A stretch of DNA of 64,000 nt from the NCBI GenBank assembly GCA_963674965.2, contig CAXXFL010000004.1:352001-416000 (forward strand), in the 5' to 3' direction. Positions within the stretch are counted from its first letter, which is position 1, and every line of letters begins with the position of its first letter. The notes beneath the pieces are model-generated. The model saw only the letters and a program-made list of their open reading frames with translations. It was not told the origin of the DNA and did not search any database. The stretch comes from a bacterium. Its GTDB lineage: Bacteria > RBG-13-61-14 > DATKZS01. Made by a program: the position numbers and the translations under genes. This document shows, in pieces, positions 57,332-64,000 of this stretch.

Positions 57332-60289
57332 TCAACTCCGGGAAGCCGCCCTCTTAACCATCTCGTCCAGGTCCCAGTCCAGGGACAGTTCCAGCATGCC
57401 CCTCCTCTTGTCCATGAACTTGAACTTTCCCTCGGTAAGGCCAAGCCTGAAAAGGTCCCGCGTTATCTCCACGTCCTTTTGGCAGTATTCCTCCACCAGG
57501 TCCAGGCGGCCCTCCTTGACCCACTGAAGGCTCTGGAGACCGTCGGCGCTTTTTTGCGACCCCAGGTTGTGCTCGGCCAGATGGGCCAGGCTCAGCCGGT
57601 ATCCCAGTCTCGAGTGAACGTCGGCCAGGATATCGAAGGTCTGGAGACGGCCAAGGGTCCCGTCGTCGTAGGCCGACAGGACCTTGTAATCGAAACCGAT
57701 CACGTTAAAGCCCACCACCAGGTCGGCCTCGGCCAGAAGATGGAGCATCTTCTCCACCTCGTCCTCCTTGAAGGATAAAAACCTATCCGGCCTCGAGTCC
57801 CAGACCACGGCCACCGCCACCCTCATCAGGTGCGCCTTGCCCCAGCCGCCCACCTCCTCGGCGCTCCGCATGGTCTCCACGTCCAGGACCATGACCCGGG
57901 GCGCGTCTTCCTCCTCCGGCTCGGGCGGGGCCGCGGGGGGAATTTCGCCAAGGGGGGCGTCCTCGGCGACCTGGCCCAGGCCCATCCACTCCCGGGCCTC
58001 GGGCTTGTCCAGCAGCATGGACAAAACCATGGCCGCCGCCTCCTTGTCCAGGGGCACGTTGCCGTTGCCGCACTTGGGAGAGTGGATGCATGAAGGACAC
58101 CCGTTCTCGCAGTCGCACTCCAGGATAAGCTCGAGGGTCTTGTCCAACAGGTCCTCGATCGAGCCGTGACTCCTCTCGGAAAGGCCAACGCCGCCCGGAT
58201 AACCGTCGTAAATGAATACCGCCGCCTTGCCCACCTGGGGGTGAAGGGGAATGCTGATACCTCCGACGTCATCTCTCTCGCAAAGGGCGAACAAGGGAAA
58301 CAAGGCGATGGCCGCGTGCTCGACCGCGTGGATGCCGCCCATGAAGTTAAGTCTCCTGGCTTCCACCGCCCTTCTGATGAAGTCGTCTATCTCGATCCAC
58401 AGCCCCACGGTCTCGAAGGTGTAAGGGGGCAGGTCCAGCTCGTGGACCGAGAGCCTCTCCCCCGAGGACACCCGGCGCTTCTCGTATCCGATCACCCTCT
58501 CCGTCACCTTCAGTTCGCCCAGGCGCGCCACGAAGTTCTTCACCGGCTTGCTTCGCCGGATGGACAGTATCTCCGTCTCCTTTTCCCGCCGGGGCATGGT
58601 GTAATAGTTGACCGTTACGGGTTTGGCCATGAGGTTCTTCCGGGCCAGGTCGAGCCTGGTCACCTGGTACTGGACCGCCCGGTGCAAATAAATGGCCCCG
58701 GGATGCCCCTCCGCGTACACCCTGTTGCCGTCGATGCTGCCGATTACGCGGGGCTTCTTGCCCGGAGGAAGGGGCGTCCTGGGTTCCTCGAAGATAACGT
58801 TGTTCTCCCCTATCCCTCGTATGTTCACGAACCGCTGCGGATACCTCCGGTTGGCGTGCCACAGGTCTCCCTCGATCGACTTCAGCAGCCGGCCTTCCTT
58901 CTCCAGTTCCGAGACGGCCGTCTGGGCCGGGCTTCCCTCCTCGATCCGGAACCAGCGGTCGTCCCGGAAAAGGGGCATCTCAGCGGCCGCGCTCTCGAGG
59001 TGGGACTTGAGGATCAAAACGTTGTCGGGGTCCACCACCGCCGGCTCGAAGCCGCGCTCGAAGAAAGCGCGGGGATGCTTCATGAAATACTGATCCAGGG
59101 CGTCGGGCTGGGCCACCATAATGATCAAAGAGTCCCGGTCCTGCCGGCCCACCCGTCCGCCCCGCTGCCAGGTGGTGGTCACCGCTCCCGGGTAGCCCAC
59201 CAGCACGCAGGCGTCCAGGGCCCCGATATCGATGCCCATCTCGAGGGCCGAGGTGCTGACCACGCCCTTTATCCGTCCGGAGAAGAGCTTGGCCTCGATC
59301 TCCCGCCTTTCCTCGGGAAGGTAGCCAGCCCGGTAGGCGCTGATCCAGCGTCTCATTCTCGGGTCGCTCTGCACGGCCCAGGTATAGATAAGCTCCGTCA
59401 TCTTGCGGGCCTTGGTGAAGACGATGGTGGCCAGGTCCCGCTCCACCGCCCGCCCTAACAGCCTGGCCGCCGCGGTCGAGGCCGCGACCTTCCTCGGGTT
59501 GATGAAGAGGAAGCTCCGGCCCGCGCTGGGCGCCCCGTTTACGTCCACCACCTCCACCTCGCGGCCCAGGAGGTTTCGGACCAGCTCGCCCGGGTTACCG
59601 ATGGTGGCGGAGCAGGCTATCACCCGGGGCTCGGAACCGTAACTCGCGGCCGTCCGGAACAGGCGCCTTAAAATTTGAGCCACGTGGGAGCCGAACACTC
59701 CCTTGTAGGTATGGACCTCGTCGAGCACGAGATACTTGAGGGACGACCAGAGCTTTTCCCATTTCTCGTGATAGGCCAGCATGCCCACGTGGAGCATGTC
59801 CGGGTTGGTGATGACCACGCCGGGCGGGTCGTTCCTTATCTTGCACCGCTTGTGGGAGGGCGTGTCGCCGTCGTAGATGTCGGCCTGGACCTTGCCGGCC
59901 AGGCCGCAGGCCGCCGCCAGGTCGCGGAAGGACCCGAGCTGGTCCTGCTCCAGGGCCTTGATGGGAAAAAGATAAAGGGCCTTCGCCTCCGGGTCCTCGG
60001 CGCAGGCCTTGAGCACGGGAAGGTTGTAGCAAAGGGTCTTGCCCGAGGCCGTGGGCGTCACCACCACCACGTCGCCTCCGGCCAGTATCTTGCCGATGGC
60101 CTCGGATTGATGCGAGTAGAGCCGGTCCACCCCCAGCCGGGCCATGCCCGCCTCCAGCTCCGGGCCGAGGGCGTCGGGAAAGCCGCTCCATTCAGCGGGC
60201 CGGGGCGGGATACTCTCGAGATGGACTATCTCGGGTCCCAGGTCGCGGCTTCGAGATATCTCCTTTATATAGTCGTCCAGAATGGCCAT
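57332..60289 (-). CDS. DEAD/DEAH helicase with DUF1998 (YprA/MrfA/Hrq1-type) fused to a C-terminal RNase H-like exonuclease
   Basis: TASGKT, DEVH, SAT, ALEMGIDIG, QRGGRVGR, YDG.PGG.G, CDCENGCPSC..SP.C; C-terminal LDVET, GFN..FD, YC.KDV. Confidence 0.92.
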   Translation of the reverse strand: MAILDDYIKEISRSRDLGPEIVHLESIPPRPAEWSGFPDALGPELEAGMARLGVDRLYSHQSEAIGKILAGGDVVVVTPTASGKTLCYNLPVLKACAEDPEAKALYLFPIKALEQDQLGSFRDLAAACGLAGKVQADIYDGDTPSHKRCKIRNDPPGVVITNPDMLHVGMLAYHEKWEKLWSSLKYLVLDEVHTYKGVFGSHVAQILRRLFRTAASYGSEPRVIACSATIGNPGELVRNLLGREVEVVDVNGAPSAGRSFLFINPRKVAASTAAARLLGRAVERDLATIVFTKARKMTELIYTWAVQSDPRMRRWISAYRAGYLPEERREIEAKLFSGRIKGVVSTSALEMGIDIGALDACVLVGYPGAVTTTWQRGGRVGRQDRDSLIIMVAQPDALDQYFMKHPRAFFERGFEPAVVDPDNVLILKSHLESAAAEMPLFRDDRWFRIEEGSPAQTAVSELEKEGRLLKSIEGDLWHANRRYPQRFVNIRGIGENNVIFEEPRTPLPPGKKPRVIGSIDGNRVYAEGHPGAIYLHRAVQYQVTRLDLARKNLMAKPVTVNYYTMPRREKETEILSIRRSKPVKNFVARLGELKVTERVIGYEKRRVSSGERLSVHELDLPPYTFETVGLWIEIDDFIRRAVEARRLNFMGGIHAVEHAAIALFPLFALCERDDVGGISIPLHPQVGKAAVFIYDGYPGGVGLSERSHGSIEDLLDKTLELILECDCENGCPSCIHSPKCGNGNVPLDKEAAAMVLSMLLDKPEAREWMGLGQVAEDAPLGEIPPAAPPEPEEEDAPRVMVLDVETMRSAEEVGGWGKAHLMRVAVAVVWDSRPDRFLSFKEDEVEKMLHLLAEADLVVGFNVIGFDYKVLSAYDDGTLGRLQTFDILADVHSRLGYRLSLAHLAEHNLGSQKSADGLQSLQWVKEGRLDLVEEYCQKDVEITRDLFRLGLTEGKFKFMDKRRGMLELSLDWDLDEMVKRAASRS

Positions 60290-60410
60290 GGGTTTACATT
60301 ATCTCAGATATTTCCGCCAATGGAACGGCGCCGCCGGAAAAGGAGAGGAATCGGGCGGGAGAGGACCGGGCGGGCCCGCCTCACTATCAAGACGGGCCCG
60401 GACTTGGCCG

Positions 60411-61673
60411 CTACTGCATTACGTAGGGGAAGGATGAATCCACGGGCTTTTTCTCGACGTATTTTCCATCAAAGGCGTTTTTAATAACGCACATGATCTC
60501 GGTGTCGTCCATGTGTTCCTTGATGGCGCCGGCGTTGGGTCCCTTCGCGAAGATGGGAACGCGCTGGCTCGAGTGATAAGCGTACCCGATGGTGACCATG
60601 GATGACCAGGAAACCCTTATATAATCGCCCTTTTTATAATCTCCCGGCTGGACCTCGATCCCGCCGCACTCGTGGTCGGCCGTGATGATGAGAAGAGTGT
60701 CGGGATGGGACTCCATCCATTCCATGACCATGTTGACGGTCTTGTCGAACTCGACCACCTCACCCACCAGCTTGTCCACGTCCACCCGGTGGCTCGAGTG
60801 GTCGATCCTGGCGCCCTCGATCATTAAAAAGAAGCCGCGCGGGTCGTTAGCCAGAACGTCAAGGGCGGCCTTGGACATTTCCGACAAGTGGGGCTCGTAA
60901 GACTCGGGAGAACGGTTGGCCTCGTATCTCAGCTTCTGATGAGCGAAAAGCCCGAGGAGGCGAGTGGTGGAACTCGCGTCCAGGCCCAGCAGTTCTTCCC
61001 TGGTCCTGACCACCTTGTAGCCGTTGCCCTCGGCCGCCGCGACGGAGTCGAACCTGGCTTTTTCACCGCCCAGGGGCAAAGGCTCGAAGGCCGCCCGTCC
61101 TCCTCCCATGATCACCTCGGGCAGGCTCTCCGTGGTCATCTGGCGGGCGATCTCCCTGTCCATGTTCCGGCTGAGGGCGTGGGACACGAAGGCCGCCGGG
61201 GTCGCGTCCCATACCTCGGTGGTGGTTACCACGCCGACCGCTTTTTTGTCGTGGACCATGTCCAGGATGTTGGGTACCTTCTCGTAAGAGCCATCGTCCT
61301 TCATGCTGATCACGCCGTTACTGGTTTTATGTCCCGTGGCCATGGCCGTGGCCGAGGCCGCCGAGTCGGTCACCTCGCCGATCGAGCAGGTGGTGACCAG
61401 GCCCCGGTGGGGCAAGGTCTCCCAGTTCAAGGGCTTGTCCGGCCCGTTAAGATAAACCCGGCCCGAGTATATCTGGTTGATTCCCATGCCGTCGCCGATC
61501 ATCAGGATCACGTTCTTGGCCTCGCCGGCCCCGGCGGCGTTGAAGCCCGAGCAGTCGGCGTGAGAATACCCGATCTCCTTGCACTCGTCGTAATAAACGT
61601 CCGACGGCTCGAAAGCCCAAAGCCCCGAAAGCGAGAGAAGGAACAACGCGATTGTTAAGCCGGTTCTTTTCAT
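60411..61673 (-). CDS. Alkaline phosphatase
   Basis: ILMIGDGMG, TDSAASATA, DATPAAF..H, EGARIDH..H, TADHECGG; signal peptide. Confidence 0.92.
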   Translation of the reverse strand: MKRTGLTIALFLLSLSGLWAFEPSDVYYDECKEIGYSHADCSGFNAAGAGEAKNVILMIGDGMGINQIYSGRVYLNGPDKPLNWETLPHRGLVTTCSIGEVTDSAASATAMATGHKTSNGVISMKDDGSYEKVPNILDMVHDKKAVGVVTTTEVWDATPAAFVSHALSRNMDREIARQMTTESLPEVIMGGGRAAFEPLPLGGEKARFDSVAAAEGNGYKVVRTREELLGLDASSTTRLLGLFAHQKLRYEANRSPESYEPHLSEMSKAALDVLANDPRGFFLMIEGARIDHSSHRVDVDKLVGEVVEFDKTVNMVMEWMESHPDTLLIITADHECGGIEVQPGDYKKGDYIRVSWSSMVTIGYAYHSSQRVPIFAKGPNAGAIKEHMDDTEIMCVIKNAFDGKYVEKKPVDSSFPYVMQ

Positions 61674-61857
61674 TTTATTACCTCTTTCATGTCTTATTAT
61701 AAACGTTCTTTCGCGGGGGTCGAAAGACCCTCGGCCCGGCCCCCGCCGGACCCGCCGCGGCCCCAAATTATAGCATAAGCAAAATTGGACGTATGTTAGA
61801 AATCCATTCGGATTTTTAGCCGGATGGAAAGCCGGCTCAATAGCTAATAATCAAGAC

Positions 61858-63996
61858 CTATGAAATCCATATCAGATATCTTTCCTTCGCGACCCAGGAA
61901 CCGTTTTCCTTGGCGAGAAGGCAGTAGAAACCACGCGAGGCCAAATCCCCGAAGGTAAAGCGTATATAAACCAGGGCCAGGTCTTTGTTTTTGTTGAAGC
62001 CAACGCGGGACATCCCGATAATTCCCGAATAGCCGGGGAAGTTCTGATGAAATCTTTCCCAGCCTCCGTCCCGGGAGAAGAGATGATCGATCTCGTTTTT
62101 CCCTATAATGTAGTATGGGCCGGATATCTTGAAATGAGGGCCGAGAGCGAAGGCCTGCTCGTTTTTCTTCTCAAAGTCGGCGTATAGCTCGGGAGTCAGC
62201 GAGGGCATTTCCTCAATCGCCTTTTCCAAATCCGTGAGTCTGGTATGCTCTCCGACAAGGCCGGTATGTCCTCTAATAACGACCCTGCCGCTTTTCGAGT
62301 TTTGGATATAGCCCGAATAGACTTCATAGTCTTCCGCGTCTTCAGGAAGCTGGGGGTATTTATCGTCATCGGGATAGGTTTTGCCGTTGGTCCCGGAGGG
62401 ACGGGCTTCTTCTATGGCGTTATGCTCGAGGAGAAACCGGGCCACTTCGTCATTCATACTTTGTCTGGCCATGCTCAGCGGCGTCCTGGAATATGTCGAG
62501 CGAGCGTTTACGTCCGCGCCGGCCGCGATAAGCTCCTTTGCCACGTCTTTGCAGATCGCCTTATGCAGAGGCGTCAGGCCCATGCCGTCCAGCGCGTTCG
62601 CGTCGGCCCCGGCCTCGATGAGGACCTTGACCAATTGCGCGTTTGTCCGGCAATTTAAATCCAGGCTGATGCCCCTCCATTGGCGGTATTGAGTCCTGTT
62701 GATCGCCGAGGCCATATGTATGGGCCTATCGCCGTTATGGTCCGCGGCGTCGATTTTGGCGCCTTTTGAAAGAAGGAGCCTGGCGAACTGTGGCGAACAT
62801 GAAAAAATCGATACGTGCAGGGGCGTAAAATTACAGGTGTCCCTGGCGTTGACGTCCGCTCCAGCCTCGATAAGGCGCTCGCCAATCTCTAAGCCCTTGT
62901 CATAAGGACTCCCCGCCGCCACGTGCAGGGGAGTTGTCCCTTCCGAGGCGTCCCACTCCTGGCTCGTCTCGGAGGCAATGTAGCTGGACGGATTCATGCA
63001 CCATGAACTGAAAATGATATTCTCCACCATCGTGCCTACGGCTTTCGCGTTAACGTCCACTCCAAAGTCGATCAGCATCCCGGCGATATCGAATTTACCT
63101 TTTTGTATAGCGTAATGAAGAGGAGTATAACCGCGCCGTCGCTCAACCTCCTTCATCCGTTCGGGACCTCTATCAAGGAACTTTTTAACTTCCCTCGTTC
63201 TTCCCAGAAACGTCTCGACGAATATATTCGTTTCCGCTCCGCTATCCAGCAGGTAATATATATACTCACGAAAATCTTGCTCGTCCGGCTCGCGGCCGGG
63301 GAACTCTTTCGAAAGGTCCGTACATGACGGAAATTCCGCTTCCTTGATCGCTATTAGGAGCGGAGTCCTTCCACTATAGTCCAGCGCGTTCACGTTCGCG
63401 CCGTTCTCAACAAGGAGCCGGGCTATTTCCGCGTCCGCGCAATTCGCGGTCTCGTGTAAAGGGGTTGAAAAAATTTCTCCAACGCACTCCCGACATTCGG
63501 GCGTTTCATTGTTGCATTCAAAAAACACCGGGGCGTAGGCTTTGGCCCCGTTCTCTATCAGTATCCGGCATATTTCCAGGTCCCTTTCCTTGATGGCCTG
63601 GAAAAGCGGGCCCCATCGCGCGGGGTCCGTCTCATTTACCGGCGCTCCCTTGGAGATAAGCAGCTTGACCATTTCCACGTTTTTGTTTCTTATGGCCTGT
63701 GTCATGGGACTTCCTTCTATGAGCCGATTAATGCTTGGATTCAGTATTTCCCTCAATGGATCGGGATTGGCGCCTCGGTCCAATAATATTTTAGCCGCCT
63801 CGATACTGTCCCACTTGGCGGCGTGCCATAAAGGCGTGAGGCCGTTGGCGTCCTCCGCGTCAACCGCCGCGCCCTCGCCAAACAGCCTGACGATTTCCTC
63901 CGCGTCGTTTAATACCGCCGCTTTATGCACGGGAGTAAGCCTGTCCCTTTCGGCGGAAAGAAGTTTCTCCTCGTCCGGCGACTCGGCCTGTCCCAC
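61858..63996 (-). CDS. Ankyrin-repeat protein (5' end outside window) with an extra C-terminal domain
   Basis: Repeated TPLH.A...A..LL..GA.VNA units; frame open to the window edge. Confidence 0.88.
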   Translation of the reverse strand: MGQAESPDEEKLLSAERDRLTPVHKAAVLNDAEEIVRLFGEGAAVDAEDANGLTPLWHAAKWDSIEAAKILLDRGANPDPLREILNPSINRLIEGSPMTQAIRNKNVEMVKLLISKGAPVNETDPARWGPLFQAIKERDLEICRILIENGAKAYAPVFFECNNETPECRECVGEIFSTPLHETANCADAEIARLLVENGANVNALDYSGRTPLLIAIKEAEFPSCTDLSKEFPGREPDEQDFREYIYYLLDSGAETNIFVETFLGRTREVKKFLDRGPERMKEVERRRGYTPLHYAIQKGKFDIAGMLIDFGVDVNAKAVGTMVENIIFSSWCMNPSSYIASETSQEWDASEGTTPLHVAAGSPYDKGLEIGERLIEAGADVNARDTCNFTPLHVSIFSCSPQFARLLLSKGAKIDAADHNGDRPIHMASAINRTQYRQWRGISLDLNCRTNAQLVKVLIEAGADANALDGMGLTPLHKAICKDVAKELIAAGADVNARSTYSRTPLSMARQSMNDEVARFLLEHNAIEEARPSGTNGKTYPDDDKYPQLPEDAEDYEVYSGYIQNSKSGRVVIRGHTGLVGEHTRLTDLEKAIEEMPSLTPELYADFEKKNEQAFALGPHFKISGPYYIIGKNEIDHLFSRDGGWERFHQNFPGYSGIIGMSRVGFNKNKDLALVYIRFTFGDLASRGFYCLLAKENGSWVAKERYLIWIS

Positions 63997-64000
63997 GCGC

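Overview
GC-rich bacterial DNA whose gene content (deltaproteobacterial-type pilin, Gly/Cys C-terminal anchor, OPX plus beta-barrel pair) suggests a Desulfobacterota/Myxococcota-like organism. The ordinary content includes ppdK (5'-truncated), a methyltransferase, a USP, a WD40 protein, a giant TSP3/LVIVD surface protein, a glycyl-radical enzyme, tRNA-Phe, a SET protein, a glycosyltransferase, hydrolases, an SDR, an FRG protein, an S9 peptidase, an MCP, a K+ channel, a crotonase, a pilin, an RCC1 protein, a Wza/OM barrel pair, nadB, a DUF1998 helicase-exonuclease fusion, alkaline phosphatase and an ankyrin protein. Mobile elements are an IS3-family element and an internally deleted class IIC group II intron sitting after a terminator. 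The most unusual region is a ~14 kb minus-strand array (about 15.5-29.8 kb) of six N-terminally truncated toxin or toxin-like pieces (four Rhs fragments, two short tails), each followed by candidate immunity genes, with no full-length rhs gene. Every cassette junction I could resolve carries a copy or arm of one of two small palindromic REP/MITE-like families (TGGGGACA-TACTTA type and GGGGTGGCC-hairpin type). These sit just after an immunity-gene stop codon and at or within about 15 nt of the break in the next toxin fragment. I infer a repeat-guided toxin/immunity cassette assembly system, possibly driven by an HUH/RAYT-type enzyme encoded elsewhere; no such enzyme is in this window. All family calls come from reading motifs by eye; no database searches were run.
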